DNA of 63,480 nucleotides, the filler included, from Catajapyx aquilonaris (taxonomy: Eukaryota): NCBI GenBank assembly GCA_000934665.2. It is 4 parts of 4 records of this genome, joined end to end, with 100 filler letters (N's around TTAATTAATTAA, not from the genome) between each part and the next. Parts side by side here need not be neighbours in the genome. Positions count along the whole stretch, not along the records: positions 15,890 to 31,679 come from KZ539681.1; 3 more parts are not named here. One strand, given 5' to 3'. The notes under the pieces are model-generated. The model saw only the letters and a program-made list of their open reading frames with translations, did no database searches and was not told the DNA's origin. The number at the start of each line of letters is the position of its first letter. Position 1 is the first letter of the stretch. Shown piece by piece: positions 16,558 to 29,400 of this stretch. The position numbers and the translations under genes were made by a program.

Positions 16558-17605
16558 TCTGTCCCTCACTTGCACTGGGATGACCTGGGCAAGGCTCAAT
16601 TGTCACATTTTTCCTTCCTTGATGGAAGTCTTTTGCCCTATTTGAAACTATTCTATACAGTAATGCAGATGCTCCACAAGCCTTTGATGACACTGCCCTC
16701 TGAGAATTTCAATTTGTATTCACCTCTACTGGTCCAAATTCAAAAACATCATGCAGCTGGTCATGACAGCTCATGCTCTTCTTGTTACTGTGCATGTGTA
16801 TGTCATGATGGGATACTACTCCCATACCACCCTGAGGTAAGACAAGAAGACAAGAACCAAACCAACCTGTGGAATAAGCGGTATCGCCCTGTATTTCAAT
16901 CAGAATATCTTTCTTACTGATGAGTTGCCATTATTAAAATTCCAACCCTTGTATGTTTAAAAAAAACCATGACCAATTCTCCTTTTCAACCAGAAACACT
17001 CACAGGTTCTTAAGACTTGTCCTGTACAAACAGTTACCTAGGTGCAGGCTTCAGTGCAGTTTAGTGCCGCAAAAGTCTTGCAGGTTTCTGTATATTTCCT
17101 GGATCTACGCAATGAGCTGAGTCGAATGACACTATTCATAGAGTGTGGAAATGCTTGGTTCAAGAGTAATTGAATTATGAAATTGCAAGTAATAACAATG
17201 AATTAAATGAAAGTAAACAAGTATTCCTTTGATGAAACTGTTCACTTCCATTGTTAGGGGAGGTGATTCTCCGTGGAAATGTGAGAGCTGCCATGACAAC
17301 ATGCTGTGTGACATGCTGAATGATGTAAATTAACGGTTGTTTTTGGTTCGTTGGATACGGAACGAGAGTGTAGGAGTTTAATTAATTTAACATCATTCAG
17401 GAGCATTCATGGCCGAGGATATCAGTGCGTATCTGGAATTGGGCAAGCCAGGGGTTAACCACTCGATAGTCAAGTATACACTGGAGTACCGAAGTGGTTA
17501 ACCCCTTGGGGAAAGCCTTCCTAGAAGTAAGGAGGGAGGATGGTGTCTCCAGCTCGGCTATACTGATGCTCGAGGCCTCTTGCGCGCCAACAAGTGTTGC
17601 CATAA

Positions 17606-17953
17606 GGGAGGTGTGGTGGCCGTGATGGTAACGTCACGGCTTGCTGAGTGAAAGGCCCCAGGTTCGATCCCCGCCTGGGGAACTTTCCTTTCACCTGCGT
17701 CGGGAGGGTCTCTGACCTGCACCAAGGAGGTGTCTGGCAACCTAACCTCCTGGGGGACAGCACATGACCCATGTTGTAGACATTGCACTTGCACCCCATG
17801 TTCCCTCCCCAAAAATCCCTACCCCTACCCTATATCCTCGACTCCTTGCACCGGTGACTGAAGAAAAATGACAGAGAAAACTGATGGTGGTGTGCCACCC
17901 CCCAAATAGGCCATTGATGCCTGGCACGGGGTAAATTAATAAATAAATAATAA
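17606..17953 (+). mobile_element. tRNA-derived SINE, family B, full length
   Basis: A box tggccgtgatgg, B box ggttcgatccc, (TAAA)n tail, 14-bp TSD aagtgttgccataa (17592-17605 and 17954-17967). Confidence 0.9.
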
Positions 17954-18774
17954 AAGTGTTGCCATAAATGAATCCTAAGTTTTTTTTTAATTACGCAAGG
18001 CATGCCCCACGCTGATTGTGTTGGTGTTATCTGTGAGGCGTTGGAGTGACCACACCAGTACTGTCCGTCTTGTGGCCCTGCCAGGCACGGTACGTCGCCT
18101 GTGCGTGATAATTTTAGTTAATGCGGAGCGTAAGCGGAGCTATGCGCTTATTGTGAGTTTTGTATCCGCAACATGCACTGTCCGTTTTGTGGTGCTGCAG
18201 GCCAACAAACGTAATTGTGGCCCACATCACGCAACACCCACATCTACGCCGCTACAAGGCGGACAGTAATGCTGCGAACACACAACCCCCAAATTATGTG
18301 TACAATTACCATGCAGATGCCATCACTCAACAATGGGAGTAAACTGTTTCAACAAAGGAACACTTGATTATTTTCATTTATTCCTTGTTATTACATGCAA
18401 TTTCAAAAATCCATTACTCTTGAACCAAACATTTCCACACACTAGGAATAGTGTCATTCGACTCAGCTCATCGAGTAGATTCAGAAAATATATAGAAACC
18501 TGCAAGATTTTTGCGGCGCTAAACTGCACCCTTACCATCATCTACACATCACTGCCAGCAATTAGCAATGCCCAGGACTTCCTGAAAACACTGGTATTTT
18601 CAATTTGTGAACACCAGGAAGTTATAGCCTTTCTAATGTCAACCAAGAAAGGAAAAATTTCCATCTCCATGGCATCCAAGAGAGAACCACAATCAGTGTG
18701 AACCTAGCTCTCCTGAAAACATTTACAATATCACCTCTTCTACATAGACTTCCCCCTTCTCCATTTTATACATA

Positions 18775-19083
18775 CGAGGGGTTTTGAAAAGTTGTGAGCC
18801 TACCTGTGAAGGAGGTGTCCCAGGCGAATGGCACTTCAGCACTTCTCTACATAGTCCCCCTGGAGTGTGATGCACTCAAAGATGCACTTCTCTCAGGAGT
18901 GGTCCAGCTTTGCATCCCTTAGCAAAAAAAAAAAAAAAAAANTTGGTCGTGAAGGGATACAAAGCTGGACCACTGCTGGGAGAAGTTCTTCACACTCCAG
19001 GGGGACCACGTAGAGAAGTGATAAAGTTCCATTCGCCTGGAACACCTTCACAGGTAGGCTCACTACTTTTCAAACACCCCTCA
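18775..19083. mobile_element. mariner-type MITE
   Basis: TIRs cgaggggttttgaaaagttgtgagcctacctgtgaagg / ccttcacaggtaggctcactacttttcaaacacccctca, flanked by TA. Confidence 0.8.
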
Positions 19084-19131
19084 TATGGTCCAACACAGTA
19101 CATCAAGTAGGTATCAAGTGTAAGTACTGAC

Positions 19132-20016
19132 CCAATATTCAACAATGAACTCTGCCACCTTCTGCAAGTCCTTCGCCAGCAGGCTTCTCTTCACCTCACA
19201 CCTGAGCAGATACTGCACGCTGACAAATACACCATGATAAGTCTCGTACAAGCTACGTGATCCCCTTGGTCGGAGGGGGATCTCAAAGGGAATCTCCACC
19301 TTCCCAACTGGCAGTTTACCACTTTTGGCCATCTCCAAGCTGCATGACACCAGCTGCAAGGGTTTCACCGAGTTGTAGAAGCCCTCAAATATGCCAACAT
19401 TCTTGGCGCTAAGCTGCAGGTTCACTGTTCCTTCCATATGCAAGTGGATCCCATCGTGCCTTGACTCACCTCTTGAATGAATGCATACCACGCCTGAAAC
19501 TGTTTCCTGCATAAAAACAAAGCAATAAACAAGTGTTTCCAGTCTACTTAGCATAACTGAAAATTCTTTTTGTTTAAATGATTGCCATTTGCTGTGTTCA
19601 TGACGCCTTAAGCACAACATGGCCTGGTTCCACCAATAAAGGTATACCATCGATTGCAGGTTTTTTTCATTAATGTTGAAAACAATGACATGGATACACA
19701 TACAGTCACAGTTGAAGGCATACCTTCTTTCGGCACTTGAGTCATTTAAGTTCACTGTGGTACTTATGCAATGGCATCAAATTCATCTCACCTGGCTGAA
19801 TAGCTTGACTTTAGGCATGCTACAATAACATCCACGTGATAACCTCTGTACAACCTGTTATCAATGTCATTATGTCTCCTGAGAGAAACAAACTCAACAC
19901 TGCCATGCCTGCATAACTGTCATAATAAAAGTTACATATGCTCAATAGATGTGATATCAACTGACATTTTCGTGGTAGACTTTGTTCACTTTCTTGAGCC
20001 TGATATCCAACTCCAT
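19132..20016 (-). CDS. VPS26C: VPS26C/DSCR3 retriever subunit, first two coding exons
   Basis: Exon 1 20016-19966 (MELDIRLKKVNKVYHEN) and exon 2 19506-19132 (HDGIHLHMEGTVNLQLSAKNVGIFEGFYNSVKP...EIPFEIPL...LYETYHGVFVSVQYLLRCEVKRSLLAKDLQK..EFIVE). Downstream exons were not found in this contig. Confidence 0.93.
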
Positions 20017-20757
20017 GCCGCCTGGTAGATCCTGATGTCTGAAGAGTCGCCTGTCTCACCTGAAGTGCTGAACCCCAAATCTAGTGTCGTCTGTCTCTGT
20101 CCCGTGGTCTGTCCCTCTGTCGCGCTCTGTCGGTACCATATCAACATAGCAGCTTTTCCAAGCAGCTATAACCTCTCAGCTATAATAGACCTCAAAGCTA
20201 TCAGGCAGATCCAGTGCAGGGTAACCTACATGAGTGCCGTCCTCCCCCTCTAGGGTGGGGGAGGCAACCATGTAGGGGACCCTGATCCAGTGAACTCTTG
20301 AGTGAACTGTAGACTGTATATTGGAACTGGAACGCGGACTCCCATTGATAGATGGCGCAAAAACTGTGTCCTGCTCTAATCCGCTGTGATCACCTCTCCA
20401 GGAGAGGGCAGTCGCAATCAAGATGGCGGCCTACTCACGGCTTAAAGCTAAATTCTCTTGTAATTCAAAAGAGCGCAATAAGCGGACTTTTGTCCGCACG
20501 ATTGTGGCTAAACCGTTACAGTTATCAAAATATTGATCGAGTCCTTTTTGACGCGGAATTTAATTCTCCTTATGTTTCATTCGATATAAAATTTCATAAA
20601 ATGAACGGTGAAAAAGATAAAACAGAAAAACCGGGTTTTTTCGCCGCCATTTGCCAAGATGGCGGCCGTAATATGTGAGGATAAAAATGGCGACAAGTTG
20701 AATTTTTAACTTCTGACCATGCTTAACAACTCCCCACAACCATATCAAAATTAACAC

Positions 20758-20760
20758 TAT

Positions 20761-20791
<31 letters not shown>

Positions 20792-21912
20792 TTATTTGGT
20801 TACCCCGTTACAGGGCAGGGCCCTCTTGGGGGGACACAACTCTCAGATACAGATCATCACCCAATATAGCAGTACCCTTTAGAAATAAATCCTTTTCCCC
20901 GCATTATCAAAAAAATTAAATAAGCGGAATGCCACCTCTTTTGGCAGGTTCCCAAACAAAAGGTGGGTCTTCTCGGCTGGAAAAACCCTCAGATCTGACA
21001 CAAAATTCTTCCTAGGCGTAATAAAAAAAAGGACAATTGTACAAAACATGATGCAATGAGAAAGTCTCGTGAGAGTTACACCAAGTACAGGGAAGTGTAT
21101 CATCGAAAACAATTTTCCGACCACGTATATATATTGAGGGGGATTGGTTTCTGAGGTTGGCCATCAGCCTTGTGATAGGCAGTGGTAAACAAAAGGCCAA
21201 ATACCAAGGCGGAGATGATTCCGGGACTAAATCCCTATAATGAACATATCGGGTTGAACGAGTTAGTGCCAGGTGACTTGCACTTAAAATACGTTCCTCA
21301 TATACTTGAATGCCCGCACCCAATGAGAGTTCCAGTAATTCCAAGTCATCACAGCCCACTTCTGATAACTCTCTGTATACTCTACTGTACCAGTTCAGGC
21401 TTGGGGATGTCGCCTCCGCCTGGTTTTTGGAACTAAGGTATGCCAGTTTCTGGAGCCGGGAGGTAGGAAGGTTGGACAGCCTTATCAGTTGTTTACCTAT
21501 CAATCTCAGGGCTCTTCCAGAAAGTGGTCTAATGCCTAGTTCTAGCCTTAGAAAATAGTTTGCCGTGTTGGATGGGAGCTGAAGAAACCTCTTCAAAAAA
21601 TAGTTTTGAACCTGATCAAAGATCTGTAAGTGCGCAATTCCCCAGACCTGGGCTCCGTATAGAATTATGGGAGCAATTTGGGCATCAAACAGCCTAAGTG
21701 CAACCTGAATATCACCAAGAGCTAATAACTTATTAGCTCTTGATATCACGGACTTTCAGGCGTAGCATTGTATTCCACAGGCTATTGATTGCCACTTTAG
21801 CCTTCTTTTTGAGACATTCCGCCGCCAACGTAAAGTTTCCCGTGGAAAAAAACGGTATACCAAGATAGGTATACGTGGAGGTCCAGTTAAGCGGCACAGT
21901 GTCCCAAAAGAA
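20758..21912 (-). mobile_element. 5'-truncated non-LTR retrotransposon (LINE) 3' fragment
   Basis: Post-RT region TYTYLGIPF...KAKVAI...RLFDAQIAPIILYGAQVWG...LRLELG...C.WC....SLHHVLYNCP, followed by a 3' UTR and (TAAA)n tail at 20758-20797. Confidence 0.88.
21709..21749. mobile_element. 27-bp perfect palindrome with 7-bp TSD inserted in the LINE (P-like footprint or minimal element)
   Basis: atatcac-CAAGAGCTAATAA-C-TTATTAGCTCTTG-atatcac. Removing the insert and one TSD restores the LINE frame (LKVRDIQVALRLF). Confidence 0.85.
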
Positions 21913-23430
21913 AGTACAAAATTAACACTAAATCTGAACGAAAACACAATTCCGCCCCGACTCCCAGGGCCACGCGAAGCCCTTTCCGCCAGGGAGCTTC
22001 TTGATCACATCTCCAGGAGGAACCAGGCGATCTCAGGACACATTTTTCGGCCGCCAGTCCGTGTTCCAGTTCCAATATACAGTTCACTGGGCAGATCAGG
22101 CATTTGACCACCTCCCGCCACCTCCTGTCACGCTACATTTTATCAGCTCCTGTTACTACTCTTCCTAGCCTAGACGTGGCCTAAACCGTCACAGGTCGTG
22201 CAGGCCGTGCAGATGGGAATCATGGAAGGCCCGCCATATCAATGCCACGCACGATCCCACAACCCCAGCCCCCCTTGCCTGTGCTTATGATAATCAATTC
22301 CGCTTAGCTCCTGAAGCACCATAATTACTGCATAATTATGTGAATTGCCTCCTGTTTTTGATTCTTGTAGGCTTCAATATGCTAAATAAAATTTTTGAGT
22401 CCGAAGTGTAGTACGGTGGAAGTGGAACCGTGCGTGCAGTGTGCAGTGCAGTCTCGAGACTCGAGCCCTGGTCTAGCCGTGCAATGTAGAGTGCACGGTC
22501 TGTAGCAGGTCTGTAGGGTGCAGTGTAGGAACCGTGCAATATACGTCATACTGACTGCTCTTTTGGGTAACCTTACGCAAATTACTCGGAGGTAGCAACA
22601 TGATTTTCCACCATATAAAACACCTGATACCTATAGTATTAAAATAAGCTACATATTTATTTTTTTTAAATAGGGAAATACAAAATGCACGGTGGCCAGG
22701 GAGAACCGTGCAACTTCCAGTTTTTTGCCCCTCGACAAGAGCATGCCGGAGTGCAAGTGAAACGGCCAGGCACGGGGCCGTGGTCCCTACAAAACGAAGA
22801 TGAATGCAAGGGCATGATAAACTGGCAAGAGGTTGAAACTGAATATGGGATGGGTTCAAGCGTTATTATTAAGTTGCTTTCACTGCTACTTGATATAGTT
22901 ATGCGTTATACGCTCTCCGGACCGCTGCGCTGGTCCGGACTTTCGCTACATTAGTCTTAAACATATTTATTTGTAAAAGAAACGCATTTTTCCGAATTAT
23001 CCGGACCTAATGGGAGAGTTTGCACAACACCTGAGGAAAATGGATATGGTACCAACGCAATTGATCCATATATTGACCTGAAATCGATGTCAACAATCGC
23101 TCCATTGACATACAGTAGCTCTGAACCCTCTGAACCGTGCTCTGAACCCTTGTTACATCAACTAGTTTTCGAAAAAAGCGGCATTCGCGCCCAATTAGCT
23201 GTTAAAATAGTCCTGTTGCAATTATGATAATATCGTGAGAAGATATTACGGCCGTGAATTATACACACCAAGATACACACACTATTACAGTATTTCCATC
23301 ACTGATTTCCATCTGTAACAAACAAAGATATCTGCTATATATACTGCTAGATGCGTAACTTCCAAGAAAAAGTGAAGCCAGTTTGAGCTAGGGGAGAGCT
23401 AGGGGATTGTGCCAGTCGCCCATAGCAAAG

Positions 23431-26400
23431 ATGGCGGCTTTGGGCGACTTGGATCGATCTGCCGTGGTGGCCTGTACGTAGTTGGGCATCTTCAAGGGAT
23501 ACCCTGCACCCCCGGAAACGTCCCACTGCGGTCCGGCTCATCAGCACAGGGGCCGCCCCTACGGCCGCTTCTGCTGCCCCGCCCAAAGTAACGATGACGT
23601 CATCTTTACTTTGGGCATGATTTGGCTTCACTTTGCTTGTATGGAAAGGGATAGCGAGTTATGCATCTAGCAGTATATATAGCAGGTGTCTTTGGTAACA
23701 ACAGCATCTGTTTCCAATCCTGCTTGTTTACAACTACCCTAACGCACTTCATTATTGCGAACTTCGGTTTTCGAACTGGACCCATCATTTTCACTAGCCT
23801 TTTGGGCAATTTTACAGTGGTTATACTCCACGTGACTTACACTTGGATTACTGATTTTCAGCGTGATATACACATAGCTAGCCCTGCTGTGCAATCAAGG
23901 AATTGGCAGGTAAATATTAGCCACTCTTTGTAATGTCCATTACATAGCTACGTGCTTACTTGAGCTTGTCACTCGCAATATGTTCTTTAAATACGTACCA
24001 CTCACCATCTTCTGCAAAAGTTTCGGTGCCATATGCATAGGTAGCAACATTTATAGGTGAGGAAGACATTATTTTGACAACTAAAATGCTTATTGTGCAT
24101 TTTTAATTAATCGACTCAAGTATTGAGCGAGGTGAAGATGTACAGCTGCAGCTGTGACACATAGTGATGATGATTTATTGAGAAATCAAAACTGTGACTC
24201 ACATGGGTTTCGGTTTTCAATGCTGTGTAACTAATTATTTAGATATTAGATTATTTTCAGCAGGAAGGCACCTGTAAACCCTATGCACTGTTTTGCAGGC
24301 TCCTTGCAGATTGAATAATTGGAATTTTTATTTCAGCGTCCTTGGCACTTACATTTATTATGAAGGACCAGCCAGCAAGTGACAGCCGCCACCTGATTGG
24401 ACCTGATTCTACAAGACGGAACTGGGCAAGGCTCGAAGCATTGCCTACACCTGCAAGTGTCGCGGAGGAGAGGCAGAGGAGGAGCAGAACAGAACCTAAA
24501 CCACTGGTGATCATAATGGATTTGCTGCACATGTCAATGACAGATGTATAGTTTGTTCATTGAAAGAATGCCATGGCGTCACTCTCTCTTACAATGTGTG
24601 GCAAGGACAAGGCATAAGTCGCCAGGCAACCTGCAAGTCATTCATTGTTAGTCATGGCAAAGAGACATGAGACTTGGCAGTCATTTATCACAGCATCAAG
24701 GAAACTAGACCAAGCCTGGACCTGGCCCACTCTTTGGTTACTAACACAACATTGCCAACCCAGATTGTTGATTATTTAATTTCATGTCAACATGGATGAA
24801 TTTTGTTGGTACAGTGCTGGACCAAACCAAAGAATCCAATACAGTTAAAATCTCGTTACAACGAAGCCTGCGGGACCGGGCGCATATTTTCGTAATAACG
24901 GAATTTCGTTAAATCGAGATCGGTTATTTTTATTCCTAAATGCAGCGTGCCTGAGAGGTTACAAATAAATATCACTTCTGATCTCCCGAATTGTGAATTA
25001 AGTGGGAGATATGTCAAATAAGTCAAAAATAAATAAATACAATTATGCCCTGTCCACACTTGTACGTCGTCATCTACCGCCACAAAATCATGGAAGGTAA
25101 CTTCATGCAGCACGCCGGTGCTTTCAGCGACGGACCTCCACACAGACAGGTCGTCAGGGTCATCTGAGTCTTCGGCGTCCTGGTCACTCCCCAAAACAGA
25201 CACTGGCGACCCTGTGATGCAACTTTTACCCCAACATTTCACGATTGTTGACGGTGTTACGCACGACCAGGATTCAGTGATCATGTCGATGGCTTGCTTA
25301 GCGTCAATTTTGCAACTGCTTATCGCTATAGACAGTGCTGGAGCACGTGTGGCGGAGCATTTCACAAGTGCATATTTCGTTATATCGGGTTCAATACTAG
25401 CCCGGGAACCACATTTCGTATTCATTGTACTGAAAATTTCGTAGTAACGCATTTCGTAATAACGGGATTACGAACACATTGCTCTTATGGCTGGCCAACC
25501 AAAATTTTATTTTTATTGCGTTCTATTGAAATTTTGTTGTATTGATAATCGCTTAAACGATATTTTACTGTAGTAACAATAGAATTAATTCATTACTGGT
25601 ATATGACAGAATCAGATGATCTGTAATATGGGTTCGCAATTCTGTATGTAGCAATAAAATAGTGGGTCAGCTTCAGACCAAGTTCAGCTCTCTCGATACT
25701 GGGTAAATGGCTCCAGGCTGTAAGTTTTCTGGCATCTTTTTCATTTGTTATTTCATCACTACACTATGCAGTGAAATACTGTATATTGTATAGTGTGTTT
25801 CAATTGCAGCATCGGTTTCAGTTAGAAATTTTTACACGTTAAGCAGCTACTTATTGAGTTACTTTCAAAGAGTTACTTTTATGATTTATTAAAATCTTAA
25901 TCTGCAAATATAAGTTACGTATCATTTTTTAAAAAGCTTGGTGGGAGGTTATATCCTGTGCAAAGCCGGGGGGGGGGGNNNNNNNNNNNNNNAGGAGAGA
26001 GAGAGAGAGAGAGAGAGAGGTCACCCATTAGCACTAGGGGCCAGTGGGCCAAAACAGATCATTTCTAATTTCTTAAGAGAAATTCATTGCACTTCAGGGT
26101 ACAATTAATGAATGATTATTCTGACAAACATTTGAATCAAATATTTTTGTTAGCCCTTACCAGTAACTGTTGGAGAGTACTGGTAAATGGGGCAATCCTG
26201 GATGCATGCGGTAATTCTGAACAAAAAGGTGCATTTAGGCAAAGGTTTATGACATTCTGGAAATAAGGCAACATTCCTCTGTAAAAGTAACATTATAAAA
26301 TATTAATATTAGAAATTGATCGATTTATCAATATTTTTCCAAGGCAACGCAGAGTGTTACAACTGACCCCATCATATGGGCAGTTGTAACAGAGGGCGGA

Positions 26401-29400
26401 GTCGATTGTAGCACTGTGTCTATAGGGGAAAATGTATTATGGAAGAACAATATACACCCACTCATCTTCTCAACAATTGTCTTGTAGCCTACTTGATCCG
26501 CCTAAATTATTCTCTCGATACACTGGAATTAATTCAGCATATGAGTATTACAAAAAAATTGATTTTTTATTTATGTAAATTTTTTAACAACTGGTTATAC
26601 GAGGCTTTATTGCACAAAATAATAACTATTTCTACTCACAATATCCTGTGAGATATGTAGCTGTAACATTTGTACACAGACTTGACCTTTCACCCATGAT
26701 TTTACCATGTTACAACTGACCCCAAGGAAGCTGTTACAGCTGTCCCCATTGTGTGTTGTCTTGTAGATATGCTTACTACTTTTTAACTGTGCACATGATT
26801 AGGTCATCCATACCGTAAATGTGACCCTACTAAAGGAACCTTTTTCATGATACCAAGGGCAATTCAACTCTCTCTCTCCGTCCACTCTACCCTCCGCATA
26901 ATTACTTTATTACTGCCACTCGAAAAAGTTGGGAACATAACCTCGATTGTGGTTTTTCGCATATAAAATAACAAAAAACAAAAAAGAGTAATCAAAGTTT
27001 GGCGTAGCTTAGAAGCCATATTGGCACACGTACTGTGTGAGTTTCAGCTTCAGGGCCTTCCAAATGTATTTATTGTTGGCGATGCTACAACCATGCCCTG
27101 TCACAACTGACCCCGATCTCCCTTACTATTAACCTTTGCCCCTTTGAATCTTCAAAGTACAGGGTGATCCAGAGTTGATGACTCACTCTTTGAAGCGCAA
27201 TTACTTTCGAATGGAACAACATATTATAATAATAATCCGGGTAGTGCCTGACCCTCTTGGGGTATGTGGCACGGACCTTTATTGTATCTTTATTGTACAT
27301 ACACTGGAACTTGATTTTTGAAGTGCCCGGGCCCACGGGCAGGATGACAGGAGGGGATGTGCAAGGTGCAGTGCAATGTCTTAATGTGGCCATTTTTAGT
27401 GAACTCCCCCGGGTGGTTTAGTCTGTGGAAATACCACCCGAGACGAAGCCAGAGGTGACCCTGAACTCTGCACGAGATGAAGGGGGTGTCCCCGGGTTGG
27501 GATCGAACCCGGGACCTTAACATCCGTGGGCGCATACGTTACCGCAGCACCACTCCGCCTCCCCGGAACAACATATTTATTTCAAGTACGTACCAAAACA
27601 TCAAGGAAATACTAACTTAAGACATGTTCACATGGTATGGTCAACCACCCCCCCTTCCACGTCGATATAGGCCTGCAATCGCAAGGCGACGTTGTCGCAC
27701 GCCTTCCGACAGAAGTCAACAGGGATCGCGTTGAACTTCTGTGTGATTATGTCACGCAGATGCTCCAGGGAGTCGATTCGATGGTGGTAAACCTTTTCCT
27801 TCAGATAACCCCACAGGAAGAAGTCTGGTGGGGTGATTTTGCTTTTGCTGGAGAACTTTCCAGTGCATCTCGGATGCGCTGTTTGTGTTCTGCGTTCACA
27901 ACTGTTCTCCCTTTGCCGGATTTTTTTGATCCAAGACACTGTCAGTTTCATTGAACTGTTGGTTTATCCTTGCAACAGTTTTTCGGGTAGGAGCCGTCCA
28001 CCGAAAAGATTTGCCATTTGACGGCACACTTCTGTAACATTTTTGTCACTGAATACAGTCGAACACACTGGACATGTTTCTCTAACGACAGTCTTGCTTC
28101 GGCCATTTTTGTTGCAAGACCTGGGCATTGCTTAGTGGCACCACCTACATGCAAGATTTTTCGCACCCTCCCTTGCTGGTTTGGCGCGTACTTTAAATAA
28201 ATATGTTGTTCCGTTTGAAAGTAATTGCGTTTCAAAGAGTGAGTCATCAACTCGGAACACCCTGTAGAATTTAAAACCAAAACATTTGGCAACATCCAAG
28301 GTTTTCCAATTTAGGCTGGGTTGCACCGGCTCACGGAAAATTTGTCCGGCCGAAGAAGAGCCAGGATAGTTTGTTATTCATTGTTGACAACAATGAATAA
28401 CAAACTATCCTGGCTCTTCTTCGGCCGGACAAATTTTCCGGGAGCCAGTGCAACTAGACCTTAGTAACAAAGTTATGGCTGCTGAACATGTGGTTCAAAG
28501 TGACTATTGTGCAAGTTACATCTCTCTGCAAAACTATTTAACTTACTAAATATTACAGCACTTGCATTTCATTTACAGCAGCGGTTCCCAACCTGGGGGT
28601 CACGAAGCCTTTTCCGAGGGGTCGCGCGTGACCGCGGTAATTTTTATATATTAAAAAATTACTAAAATGTTTTAAAAAATCAAAAATATTTTATAGCATC
28701 GCCAAGGTTTTTTTTCAACACCTACTAACACTGGGGAGGGGGGGGGGGAGAGGTTGCAGGTTACATGACTATCATAAAAGGGGGTCGCGACCCGAAAAAG
28801 GTTGGGAACCACTGATTTACAGTTAATACCTTCTTTCAACTTACGATGAGAAAGTTTCTTAATTTGATTATTATTTCATATGTACAAGTCATACATTATG
28901 TTTACCCTGGAAGAGATGTTCAGGTGCCAGGTTGGTGTAATTTTTTTTCAAAGAAGGTATCATTGGTTCCATTTGTGACTGACAACTATACTTTTAAAAG
29001 CCTGGGAAACCCCATGCAGTGTTTCGGTGAGCAAACTTTATCAGGTGTAATGATGAACATTATGGGTGGAACATTCATCCTAGCAGCCTGCTAATGCTAG
29101 TCCGGATTCTCCCATAAGCTTTATCATGGGTTACCATGGTTATCTGCTGCTGACACTGGTACCGCTAACATAGCAGTAACTAGCAGTGGGATGAAAATAC
29201 CACCCAAAGTTTTTATTTTTTAAGAAGATATCTGATTTAGATTACATTAAAACTTGTCAACAGATCTGTGTAAGTTATTTCATGTTACACAATTTTTTCT
29301 TGGATATTTATAGCTCATAAATGTGATGTGTTAATGTCAATTAACCAGAGGAAGTGTATCAGGATTGCCCCATTTGATTGTAACTGCTTAATAATAGGCA

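Noticed and set aside
17055..18530. Inverted ~80-bp pair (17055-17137 and 18447-18530) as TIRs of one element
   Set aside because: No TSD or clear termini; more likely two fragments of a dispersed repeat.
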